Shown here: piece after piece, positions 28,101-40,456 of the stretch
Position numbering within the stretch: the first letter of the stretch is position 1
Layout of the letters: each line of letters starts with the position of its first letter
DNA from: Sphyrna mokarran
Lineage: Eukaryota
NCBI GenBank assembly: GCA_024679065.1
Contig: JAGIQG010000008.1
Span: 124,124,001-124,188,000 of the forward strand
Direction of reading: 5' to 3'
Length of the DNA stretch: 64,000 nt
Made by a program: the position numbers and the translations under genes
The notes under the pieces: generated by a model
Databases searched by the model: none
Told to the model about the DNA's origin: nothing
What the model saw: only the letters and a program-made list of their open reading frames with translations

Positions 28101-29499
28101 CAGTTGTGAAACTGCACATAGTACTCCAGTTGCAGTTTTTGATGTACACAAGTCAGTTCCTTAATAAATACTTTTTGACATGATAAACTTAAAATGTGCC
28201 TGCACCTGTAATAGCTAAAAAACATAAGAGCAACTTGAAGAGCTCTCCCTGCAAAGCAAAAACAGTGGGAATCTCTCAATTGGATGTATGGAGTCAGACT
28301 GAATATCGAACCCAGTGTAAAAGATCACAGAATACTCACAGTGATTCTGACATTTCAATTGTCTTAATTACATTCTGCTGCTTTGTCCAATTCCATCCAG
28401 ATTATGCTGATATTGTTGGCAAGAACCAGCAGAAAGTCTCTCCCCAATGCTTAAACTCTGGCTTTAACTTAAAATGATATAAATAGTAAGATAAGTAAGG
28501 AAACTCACTATGAAGAATATTATCAAGTTTTGGGAAGGTGTGAGTGTTAAAGGATTTAAGATTAAACCTTGGAGATAGGTGTGTATGTATTGATGTACTG
28601 CTTATCTTATACATTTACCACATCATTGTTGCATCTGCTGTAGACCAGCAATCAGACAGCCACTCGCATCAGAATTGTGCCTGGTACCATCTGCACTCAG
28701 CTGTAAACACTCAAAATTCTGCAACGCTGACTTATGCAAAGTATTTACCAAGTGTTCTGCAACTTCTTACTCTACAAGCAAGTTCAGTCTTCTAAAACGC
28801 TTTGTGCTGCACAGGTAAAAACATTGATTGGAGGTAAGGATACTGTCCTGCCACAGTGGCTGTCCAGCCCATTGCAATCATGTATGTCGATAGATTTATT
28901 ACATATTTAAAATAGCGTGACTGTTTTGAAAGGCTCTTTCAGTGACTGATTAATCAAAGTCTTTGGATGTATAGGGAAGTGTTGGTCAGAAATTATTATA
29001 ATCGCAGCCAGTCTCTATACAAATAAATTAGTGTAGAAAAATACTAAATACAATTTATTACAAAACTCTATCCATTAATGTTATGGTTATGTTATATATT
29101 AATAAGAGACAAATTGGAAAAAAAAGTTCAGGCATTAAAATAATTACCATCTGTGACTCAGAAAATTGAGTGGGAGAAGGATCATGACCTTGCACAGTTC
29201 TATTTCCTCTCTCTCTAACAGTGAAGATCTCACTTAATTTCTGCATTCAAAGAGTAGTAATGCAGTCCGTAAAACAGATCAGAGATATAATAGGCAGATA
29301 GTTAACCTATTCAAAGAGAACCAGAAAAGAGCAATCAAAAAGTATATTTCACAACTGTCATTGTATTGGAAGAAAGTTAAGTAACTTGAAATACACTTAG
29401 CACAGAGATAGAGATAAAAGGTCACTGAAATCAATTTAACATAAATACAGACAGTGGCAATTACCCATTTCTTTAGCCTAAATTGTGAGAAGGTTTAGA

Positions 29500-31610
29500 G
29501 TTATACAGCCATTGAGGTTTACAGCATGGAAACAAGCTCTTTGACCCAACTTGTCTATACTGCCCTTTTTTTAAACTCCTAAGTTAGTTCTATTTGCCAG
29601 CATTTGGCCAATATCCTTTTATAATATCTCACCCATGTAACTATCTCAATACTTTTTAAAAGACAAAAGTGTACCCACTTCTACTACGACTTCTGGCAGA
29701 ATGTTCCAGACACTCACCACCCTCTGTGTGAAAAAATTGCCCCTCTGGACACTTCTATATCTCTTCCCTCTCACTTAAAGCTATGTCCTCTAGTTTTAGA
29801 CTCCTCTACCTTTGGGAAAAGATATTGGCTGTCTAGCTGATCTGTGCCCCTCATTATTTTATAAATCCTTAAAAGATCACTTCTCAGCCTCCTACGCTCC
29901 AGAGAAAAAAGTCCCAGTCTATCCAGCCTCTCCTTATAACTCAGACAATCAAGTCCCAGTAGCATCCTAGTAAGTCTTTTCTGCACTCTTTCTAGTTTAA
30001 TATTCTTTCTATAATAGGGTGACCAAAATTAAGCACAGTATTTCAAGTATGGCCTTTACCAATGCCTTGTACAACTTTAACAAGACATTCCAACTCCTGT
30101 GCTTAACGTTCTGACCGATTAAAGTAAGCATGCCGAAAGCCTTCTTCACCTCTCTGTCCACCTGTGACTCCACTTTCAAGGAGCTATGAATCTGTACCCC
30201 TAGGTCTCTTTGTTCTGTAACTCTCCCCAGTGCCCTACCATTAACTGAGTAAGTCCTGCCCTGGTCCAATCTTCCAAAATACATCACCTTGCATTTGTCT
30301 GAATTAAACTCCATCTGCCATTCGTCAGCCCACTGGTCCAATTGATCAAGATCCCATTGCAATTGGAGATAACTTTCTTCATTGTCCATTGTCCATTTGG
30401 GTGTTATAGTTTGCAGAGAGACTTGGACAAGTTGCAGAGCTGGGCCAAGAGGTGACAAATGGAGTTTAATGTGGAAAAGTGTGAGGTAATGCATTTTGGC
30501 AGGAATAATAAATGTGTAGAGTATAGGGCTAATGGTAGGATTCTTAATAGTGTTGATGAACAGAGGGATCTTGGTGTATTTGGGCATAGATCCCTGAAAG
30601 TAGGCAGTCAAGTCGATAAGGTTGTTAAGAAGGCATATGGAGTCTTAGCTTTTATTGGTAGGGGGATTGAATTTCGGAGCCGCAACGTCATGTTGCAACT
30701 GTACAAAACTCTGGTGCGGCCGCACTCGGAGTATTGTGTGCAGTTCTGGTCCCCACATTATAAGAAAGATGTGGAGGCATTGGAGAGGATACAGAGGAGG
30801 TTTACCAGGATGTTGCCGGGTATGGAGGGCAGGTCTTATGAAGAGAGGCTGAGGGATTTGAGGTTGTTTTCGTTAGAAAGAAGGCGGCTAAGAGGAAACC
30901 TTATTGAAACATATAAGATGATTAGAGGTTTAGATAGGGTGGACAGTGATAGCCTTTTTTCTAGGATGGAGAAAGCTAGCACGAGGGGACACAGCTTTAA
31001 ATTAAGGGGTGATAGTTATAGAACATAGAACATTACAGCACAGAACAGGCCCTTCGGCCTTCAATGTTGCGCCGACCAATATAAAAAGCAATGCCCCTCC
31101 AAACTAAACCATTCCCTTCTCTTCCATATACTTATCAACTAACCTCTTAAACGCCACCAAACGTGGCGCATCTACAACTGCTGCAGGCAGGGCATTCCAC
31201 TCCCGAACCACCCTTATAGGATGGATATCAGAGGTAGGTTCTTTACCCAAAGGGTGGTTAGGGAGTGGAATGCCCTGCCTGCGGCAGTTGTAGATGCGCC
31301 AAGTTTGGTGCGTTTAAGAGGTTAGTTGATAAGTATATGGAAGAGAAGGGAATGGTTTAGTTTGGAGGGTCATTGCTTTTTATATTGGTCGGCGCAACAT
31401 CGAAGGCCGAAGGGCCTGTTCTGTGCTGTAATGTTCTATTCTATTCTATTCTATTATGCCACCAATCTTAGTGTCATCTGCAAACTTATTAACTACATTC
31501 TCATCCAAATCATTAATATAAGTGACAAATAACAGTGGACTCAGCACTGATCCTTGAGGCACACCACTGGTCACAGGCCTCCAGTTTGAAAAACAACTCT
31601 CTTCAACCAT
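29500..31610. mobile_element. Triple-nested CR1: old minus copy hosting a young plus copy (about 30399-31453) hosting a minus 3' end (about 31018-31214)
   Basis: Chimeric ORF 30009-30611; ttatag duplicated around the innermost insert. Confidence 0.88.
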
Positions 31611-31864
31611 TTTAATGTAAATTTGACGATGTTCCTGCCTCTGATATATGTTGGTCTATACAGTCCAGTTTTTTGAAATACTGTAATATCATTTAGTTAT
31701 CCCGTAATCTGTTTAAGTCAAAGTTTAAAAACAAACATTTTGGTTGGGATTTTCCAGTTTTGCCCAGCCCAAAACCTGAAAATCCCACCCAAGGTCAACA
31801 CACCTTTGCATGTTCCACCCCTCACCTACTACGATCCCCATGGCGGACGGTTTGAACTGCTGTG

Positions 31865-32190
31865 TTGTTAACACTGTGATTAGCACTGCTGCCTCACAGC
31901 TTCAGGGACCTGGGTTTGATTCCAGCCTTGGATCATTATCTGTGTGGAGTTGGCAGCATTCTCCTTGTGTCTGTGTCATTTTCCTCCAGTTGCTCCAGTT
32001 TTCTTCCATTGTCTGAAAGACGTGTTGGTTAGGTGGATTAGCTATGCTAAATTGCCCCTTAGTGTCCAAAGATGTGCAGGTTAGGGAGGATTACACATGG
32101 TAAAAGCGAGGGTTTAAGAGGATAGGGCAGGGGATGGGATTGGCCTGGGTAAAATGCTTTATCGGAAAGCTGGTGTAGACTCTGTGGGAA
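31865..32190 (+). mobile_element. HE1/V-SINE-type SINE
   Basis: Head and core motifs. Confidence 0.75.
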
Positions 32191-32519
32191 ATAATGTTTT
32201 TAATTCTAAAATAGTAAACAACAAGGAATAGAAGACTCTCTACTCCACTGCATGTACTGATGAAGAAAAATGTGAAGATCACTGTTTGCTGTTCCCACTT
32301 CAAACTACTGAAGGGTTTAATAATAGTGAATAGCTAAAATCTAAACATCTGAATAAAAGCTACTCTCTGTAAAGTAAAACTGCTAGTTCAGTCAGCTGGA
32401 TCTAACAAATTCAAAAATTTAAATTCAGTGAGCAGGCCAAGTGTCTTCCTGTAGCCACTTGGAGCATTGAGTTCTGGAATAAAAGTTGATCAGGACTCTA
32501 GAATAACCTCCTCATGTAA

Positions 32520-32685
32520 AGCACTGGATGTTTATATTCAGTTCAGAGATTAAAATATCATCCGAAAGATAGTACCACAAACAGTGCAGCTATTCTCCAG
32601 TACTGCACTTAAATATCAGACAGGGTAATGTGTTCGAGTCTCTGCAGTGGGATTGAATCCACAACTTGTTGCCTCAAAGGTGTTG
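32520..32685 (-). mobile_element. Old DeuSINE-like fragment
   Basis: Minus strand gtgcagtactggagaatagctgcactg...ctttcggatga with a B-box-like ggattcaatccc; a related fragment lies near 35562-35620. Confidence 0.5.
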
Positions 32686-32857
32686 AGTGTGATTTTACTG
32701 GCTATTCACGTCATACTCCTGCTGCAATGCCTTGGGAAAATTCCGCCGGCGTGAACGGGTAACATTCCAACCAAGAGTTTATAACTGAGCCAGAGCCAAC
32801 AACTATATAGTAATGACAGGTCAAAATAAACACCAAACTATCCAATTCACCCAATAT

Positions 32858-33135
32858 GGGTGGCACAGTGGTTAGACTGCCATCTCACAACATCATGGAT
32901 TCAAGGTTCGGTTCCTAGCTTGGGTAACTGTGTGGAGTCTGCATGTTCTTCCTGTGTCCACGTGGGTTTCCTCCAGGTGCTCCGGTTTCTTCCCACAGTC
33001 TGAAAGGGTACATTGGGCCATGCTAAATTCTCCTTCAGAATGCCTGAATAGGCAACTGGGGGATTTTCACAGCAACTTCATTGCAGTGTTAATGAGAGCC
33101 TACTTGTGACACTAATAAATAAACTTTAAACTTAA
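32858..33135 (+). mobile_element. V-SINE-type SINE with the alternative tail (cctacttgtgacactaataaataaacttt)
   Basis: Same head and core as the HE1-type copies but a different 3' end. Confidence 0.8.
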
Positions 33136-33759
33136 ACGATAAATCATTCAAAATTCCTGTAGATTTTCTCATCATTTATTTTTTACACTCATGTAAAATT
33201 ACATCTGCTTGATTAAACTAATCTACATTTTGAGTTGTTTAACTGTTTTAAACCATGCAAGTAGATTTAGGGAAATATTTAACACATTGTATTTCTGGAA
33301 TAAGACTAATTACTTTAAAAAGCAGGCATGATCCTCTCATTATCCATTCCATAATAATTAAGATTTTCCATTTACACAAACACCTTCAGAACATGAAGAA
33401 TTAACAAATGGCCCACTTTCTGTTGTTCGCTAGTTAGCGACAAATTCCCGTTATTTACCATGCTGATTGCATCCAGATTAATTATTTACTCAAAGACTGA
33501 AGAATCTCAATCTGAAGTCCACATTAAAAATACTAGGAACAGTTCTAGAAATGATAATGGCGTGATATTGTCAGATTTCTGTAAAGACAGATGCTGCTGT
33601 ATCAGTTTGTGAAGGCAAACCAACCTCTTTAAACAACAACTGGTTCTAATACAAACAAGCATTGCCAAGTGGATTCTCACCCTTGCAAGTGGTTTAGTGG
33701 TTAACACCATCTTCCATTGCAACAAATACCAGTGAGGCCAACTTGAAATGAACTGTATT

Positions 33760-34870
33760 TCATAAGAACATAAGAAATAGGAGCAGGAGTCGGCCATCCA
33801 GCCCCTCGATCCTGCCCCACCATTCAATAAGATTATGGCTGATCTGAAGTGGATCAATTCCACTTTTCTGCTTTCTCCCCATAACCCTTAATTTACTTGT
33901 CTTTCAGAAACCTATCTACCTGTGACTTAAATATATTCAGCCAGATAGCCTCCACTACCTCAATGGGCAGAGAATTCCAGAGATTCACCAGCCTTTGAGT
34001 GAAGAAGTTCCTCCTCAACTCCATTCTAAACTGCCCCTCCCCTTATTTTGAGGTTGTACCCTCTAGTTTTGCTATCCTTTCTAAGCGGGAAAAATCTCTC
34101 TACCTCTATCCTATCTAGCCCTTTCATTATCTTGTAAGTCTGTATAAGATTCCCCCTCAGCCTTCTAACTCTAATGAATCCATGGTGTTGTGAGACGGCA
34201 GACCCAGTCTATTCAATCTCTCTTCAAAAGCTAACAATCATCTCTGGTATCAGCCTAGTGAACCTTGTCTGTACTCCCTCCAAGGCCAATATATCCTTTC
34301 GGAAGTATGGGGACCAAAACTGCACATAACACTCCAGTTGCGATCTAACCAGTGAGTTGTACAGTTGCAGCAAGACCTCCCTGTTTTATATTCTATCCCT
34401 CTCGCTATAAAGGCCAACATTCCATTCACCTTCTTGATCACCTGCTGCACCTGCAGACTGGATTTTTGCGATTCGTGCACAAGGACCCCCAGGTTCCCTC
34501 TGTACTGTAGCATGCTGCAGCTTTTCGCCCTTTAAATAATCATCTTTATTATTTATAAAGATTAATATACTAATATTACTACTAATATTTTTACCAAAGT
34601 GGATAACCTCACATTTGCTAACATTATACTCCATCTGCCAGGTCCTCGCCCACTCACTCAGCCTATCCAGATCCTTTTGCAGACTTTCCACACCTTCCAC
34701 GCAATTTGCTTTTCCACTCATCTTCGTGTCATCAGCAAATTTTGTTGCCTTACACTCAGTCCCCTCCTCCAGATCATCTATGTAAAAGGTAAACAGTTGA
34801 GGCCCCAGCACAGATCCCTGGGGTACTCCACTAGTCACCAACTGCCAATCAGAAAAGCATCCATTGATTC
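33760..34870 (-). mobile_element. CR1 LINE 3' fragment
   Basis: [16 protein letters not shown]...KFADDTK. Confidence 0.9.
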
Positions 34871-36290
34871 CATTGATTTCAGTAGAAAACTTTTTTATTA
34901 TTCATGGTCAGCTTTTATTGCCCATCTCTAGTTGCTTTTGGTTCAGGAGACAGTTGAGAGTCAACCATATTGTTGTGGCTCTGGAGTCACATGTAGGCCA
35001 GACCAGGTAAGGACGGCAGATTTCCTTCCCTAAAGGACATTAGTGACCCTGATGGGTGTCATGGAGATTCTTAATAACAGATTTTTTTTTTTACTGAATT
35101 CAAATTCTGTGGCGGGATTCAAACGCGGGTCCCCAAAATATTAGCTGAGTTTCTGAATTAAAAGTCTAGTGATAATACCACAAGGTCATGGTCACCCCCC
35201 TCACTGAAACTTATTTTTCACATTCACCAAGCCTAAAGCCAAGAGCAGGAATATTAGGATTCAAAGGAGAAAATGAAATGTCCGCAACAAAACTGTTATT
35301 GCAAGATGTTGTAAATGTAAAAATTATATCCATACTGTAGGCTGGATACAGTATAGGAAATAGAACACAGAGTAACACAAAACTGACAAACACACTGCAC
35401 CCTGATGGTGAGTTTCTTCAACATGTAATAAGGAAACAGCAGAGGCCCTTCATATATAGCAGCGTGCTGAGATAAAGGGCAGAGAGCAGAGAGAAACAGC
35501 AGATGCCCTTCATGTACTGTATATTACTACAGTATGTCTTCCAAACAGGATGTTTGTACAAGGACAAGACTGACAATTCAGTGATGTATCAAGGGAGCAC
35601 TGCACTGTCAGAAATGCCACAGTTCAACTGTTCAGCTGAATGTAGGAACATGGGAGCAGCAATTGGCCACTCAGTCGCTCCAGCGACTGTAGCCTGCTCC
35701 ACCATTCAATAAGATCATAGCTGATCTCAGTTCCACACTCCTGGGTGGCATCCATCACTCTTGATTCCCTTACCGAACATAAATCTGTCCAAATCTGCCT
35801 TAAATAAATCCAGAGACCCAGCCTCCGTTGCTTCCAAACAGCAATCATCCTCTTTGGGAGAAAAAGTTTCCATCTTAAAATAGAGATCTCTAATTTTTAA
35901 ACTATGCCCCCTACTTCTCATCTTCTCCCACAAGAGGAAATGTATCCTCAGTATCAACAAAACCTGAACAATATCCAGCTTTGAACTGAGAAGTGGCAAT
36001 AACATTCACGCCACAACTGCTAGGAACCATCTCCAACAAGAAAGAATTGAATTACCATCACTGAATTCCCCACTGTCAAATGCCAAAGATTAACATTGCC
36101 CCAAAACTGAAGTGGACTAGTCATAAACAGATGTATCTACCAGAGCTGGTCAGAGGCTAGGATTACTGCAGTGAGTAACTCACCTCCTGACTTGCCAAAA
36201 CCTATCCACCATCTATAAGGCCCAAGTCAGGAATGTAATGGAATACTCGTAGTTCCAACAACACTCAAGAAGCTCAACACCATCGTGGAC

Positions 36291-37059
36291 ATGCACTTTG
36301 GCAGGAACAATAAATGTGTAGAGTATAGGGCTAATGGTAGGGCTCTTAATAGTGTTGAGGAACAGAAGGATCTTGGTGTATGTGTCAATAGATCCCTGAA
36401 AGTAGGCAGTCAAGTGGATAAAGTTGTTAAGAAGGCTTATGGAGTCTTAGCTTTTATTGGTAGGGGGATTGAAATTAGGAGCCGCAGCATCATGTTGCAG
36501 CTGTACAAAACTCTAGTGCGGCCGCACTTGGAGTATTGTGTGCAGTTCTGGTCGCCACATTATAAGAAAGATGTGGAGGCATTGGAGAGGGTACAGAGGA
36601 GCTTTACCAGGATGTTGCCTGGTATGGAGGGCAGGTCCTATGAAGAGAGGTTGAAGGATTTGAGGTTGTTTTCGTTAGAAAGGAGGCGGCTAAGAGGGGA
36701 TCTTATTGAAGAATATAAGATGATTAGAGGTTTAGATAGGGTGGACAGTGATAGCCTTTTTCCTAGGATGGAGAAAGCTAGCACGAGGGGACACAGCTTT
36801 AAATTAAGGGGTATTGATTATAGGACGGATATCAGAGGTAGGTTCTTTACTCAAAGAGTGATTAGGGAGTGGAATGCCCTGCCTGCAGCTGTTGTAGATG
36901 CGCCAAGTTTGGTGGCGTTTAAGAGGTTAGTTGATAAGTATATGGATGAGAAGGGAATGGTTTAGTTAGGAGGTGCATTGCTTTTTATTTTGGTTGGCAC
37001 AACATCGAAGGCCGAAGGGCCTGTTCTGTGCTGTATTGTTCTATGTTCTATGTTCTATG
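36291..37059 (+). mobile_element. Young CR1 LINE 3' end inserted into an older LINE (about 35960-36290 and 37060-37520)
   Basis: 226-aa uninterrupted ORF2 C-terminus; (GTTCTAT)n tail. Confidence 0.93.
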
Positions 37060-37643
37060 ACAAACCAGCCTGCTTGACTGCTACCCCTTCTATAAACTTT
37101 CAATCCATCCACAACTAATGCACATGACAACCGTGTGTACCACCTACAAAATGCATGGCAGCAACTCACCAAGTTCCTTAGACAGCATCTTCCAAACTCA
37201 TGGCCACTATCAAAGAACAAAGAACAGTACTTTGTTCTGCATTTGGAAAGTGCTAAGATACTTGATGAGTTGCTAGAGTGGATAGTACACATGGTTGCCA
37301 TCTAAAAGGACAAGAGCAGCAGATACATGGGAACACCATCATGTGGGGATTCCCCTCCAAGTCACTCACCGTCCTGATTTGGAAATATATCAGTTGTGCC
37401 TTCACTGTCACTGGGTCAAAATGCTGGAATTCCCTCCCTAACAGCATAGGGGCTGTATCTACACCACAGGGATTGCAGTGGTTCACAGCAGAATTAGACA
37501 TGGACAATAACTGCTGGCCCAGAAAGGAACAGAAATTGGCCACTCTGTGATAATAAGGTTTTGGTTTTACTCTCACTTGGTATCACTCTGTGGAAGTGGG
37601 TGAAGGTGCGGACTGGGAGAGAACATCCAAGATTTTGCGCTGC

Positions 37644-37694
37644 TCCAGATCCAGATCCAGATCCAAACCCAGATCCTGACCCAGCTCCAGTTCC
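37644..37694 (+). repeat. Degenerate (CCAGAT)n hexamer repeat
   Basis: ctccagatccagatccagatccaaacccagatcctgacccagctccagttcc. Confidence 0.8.
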
Positions 37695-37787
37695 CGGTTA
37701 TTTGCTGATGACAGACTGCATTGCCGTTTTTTTATTCTTTAATAAACTCACATTTGGACATTTTGCAGCAGTTTGCCGCTTTCTTAC

Positions 37788-37890
37788 CTTCTCCCTGTCG
37801 CCTAGCAACGCCGAGGGGCGCAGGGCACGCCGGGAGCTGTAGGCTGGGTGGGCGGGGCGCGAAACTACAATTCCCACAAGGCTGAGCGAC
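37788..37890. promoter_or_regulatory. IFTAP: CpG-rich IFTAP/NWC promoter and non-coding exon 1 (probably bidirectional)
   Basis: Only clear non-repeat CpG-dense patch in the window. ZNF143 motif ACTACAATTCCCACAAGGC (+, 37864-37882), a second CCTACAGCTCCCGGCGTGC (-, 37825-37843), GC box GGGCGGGG (37850-37857), X-box GTCGCCTAGCAAC (37797-37809), and minus-strand donor AAG|GTAAGA at 37788/37787. Confidence 0.85.
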
Positions 37891-38139
37891 ATGGTCCCAC
37901 CAGAAATGGTCCCTCGGGAAGATCCATCCCTGAATCTCCGTTCCGGGTATGGGAACAGATTGAGGCCTCGTGTCTCCTGTTGTTTCACAAAGTGTCCCAG
38001 AAATCTTTCCAACACATTGTTACCCCAAATAAATAATACGATGCAGAATACAACAGGGCAGCTTTCAATACCAAGTAGGCATTGGGGAACATTACTATGT
38101 TAACTTCCCCTAATTCTTACACATTTTACATTAATATTA

Positions 38140-40116
38140 AGAACATAGAACATAGAACATAGAACATTACAGCACAGAACAGGCCCTTCGGCCTTCGATG
38201 TTGTGCCGACCAAAATAAAAAGCAATGCCCCTCCTAACTAAACCATTCCCTTCTCATCCATATACGTATCAACTAACCTCTTAAACGCCACCAAACTTGG
38301 CGCATCTACAACAGCTGCAGGCAGGGCATTCCACTCCTAATCACTCTTTGAGTAAAGAACCTACCTCTGATATCCGTCCTATAACTCATACCCCTTAATT
38401 TAAAGCTGTGTCCCCTCGTGCTAGCTTTCTCCATCCTAGGAAAAAGGGCTATCACTGTCCACCCTATCTAAACCTCTAATCATCTTATATGTTTCAATAA
38501 GGTCTCCTCTTAGCCGCCCTCTTTCTAACGAAAACAACCTCAAATCCCTCAGCCTCTCCTCATAAGACCTGCCCTCCATACCAGGCAAAATCCTGGTAAA
38601 CCTCCTCTGTACCCTCTCCAATGCCTCCACATCTTTCTTATAATGTGGGGACCAGAACTGCACACAATACTCCAAGTGCGGCCGCACTAGATGTTTGTAC
38701 AGTTGCAACATGACGTTGCGGCTCCGAAATTCAATCCCCCTACCAATAAAAGCTAAGACTCCATATGCCTTCTTAACAACCTTCTCGACTTGACTGCCTA
38801 ATTTCAGGGATCTATGCACATACACACCAAGATCCCTCTGTTCATCTAGACTACTAAGAATCCTACCATTTGCCCTATACTCTACACATTTATTATTTCT
38901 GCCATAGTGCATTACCTCACACTTTCCACATTAAACTCCATTTGCCACCTCTCGGCCCAGCTCTGCAACTTGTCCAAGTCCCTCTGCAAACTATAACACC
39001 CCTCTTCACTATCTACCACTCCACCGACTTTAGTGTCATCTGCAAATTTACTTATCCATCCCTCAATACCCTCATCCAGATCATTTATAAAAATTACAAA
39101 CAGCAGGGGCCCCAAAACAGACCCCTGAGGCACACCACTTGTCACCGAACTCCACGATGAATATCTCCCATCAACCACCACCCTCTGTCTTCTATCTGCT
39201 AGCCAATTCCTAACCAAATTAGCTAAATCACCCTCTATCCCATACATCTGCATTTTCTGCAGAAGTCTTCCATGGGCCACCTTATCAAACGCCTTACTAA
39301 AGTTCATATATACCACATCAACCGCCTTACCCCCATCCACCTCTTTGGTCACTTTTTCAAAAAACTCAATGAGGTTAGTAAGGCATGACCTACCCTTCAC
39401 AAAACCATGCTGACTATCCCCAATCAATTCATTTCTCTCTAAATAACTATAAATCCTATCCTAATAATTCTCTCCAATACTTTGCCCACAACAGAAGTAA
39501 GACTCACTGGCCTATAATTCCCTGGAAGGTCTCTCTTCCCCTTCTTGAACAACGGGACCACATTCGCTATCCTCCAGTCCTCCGGAACAACACCCGTAAC
39601 CAACGACGACCTGAAGATCAGAGCCAGAGGCTCTGCAATCTCCTCTCTTGCCTCCCAGAGAATCCTAGGGTAAACCCCGTCCGGCCCAGGGGACTTATCC
39701 AACTTCAAACCCTCGAGAATTTCTAGCACATCCTCCCTATCTACTACAATACTTCCCAATTTGCAACCCTGTACCTCAGTGTTCTCCATAGCTACATTTC
39801 CAGCACTCTGCGTGAATACCGAAGAGAAATATTTATTCAGTGCCTCACCAATCTCGTCAGGCTCCACGCACAACTTCCCACTGCTGTCTATGACTGGCCC
39901 TAATCTTGCCCTAACCAATCTTCTATTCTTAACATATCGAAAGAAAGCTTTAGGATTCTCCTTAATCCTATCAGCCAACATCTTCTCGTGTCCCCTCTTA
40001 GCTCTCCTCCATTCACTTTTTAGCTCCTTCCTGGCTAATCTATAGCTATCCATTGCACTAACTGAGCCTTCAAGCCTCATCCTGACATAAGCCTCCTTTT
40101 TCTTCTTAACCAGCAT
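38140..40116 (-). mobile_element. Young CR1 LINE, 5'-truncated
   Basis: ORFs 39439-40116, 38912-39427 and 38436-38912 are consecutive ORF2 pieces; same subfamily as 21440-23620. Confidence 0.95.
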
Positions 40117-40456
40117 TGATTAAGAAGAAATTTAACAAATTTAACAAATTTATTTGTTATCTAACAAATTTATTGAAAGGAAATGAGATAAATACTGGGG
40201 GAGCAGGGGGTGAATCTCCATATGCTGAGGGGCCATTGAAATAACATGAGGGATGAGATTCATGTGGCACATAAACTCTGACAAAGACCAAATGGCCATT
40301 GTCTCTGCTGTAAACGCAATGTCATTCCATATGACACAAATTAACCAGCCAGTTCAGGCAAAAGATATTCCTTAAGTTTCAAATCACCATGGCCAATTTA
40401 TTTATGTGAACGTCAGTGCACCTTCAACCTCTCTATTATACTTGCACATTGAACTC

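Noticed and set aside
37561-38103. ORFs over the promoter, including the PDPDPD-repeat ORF
   Set aside because: Explained by GC-rich promoter sequence and a hexamer microsatellite; no recognisable protein.
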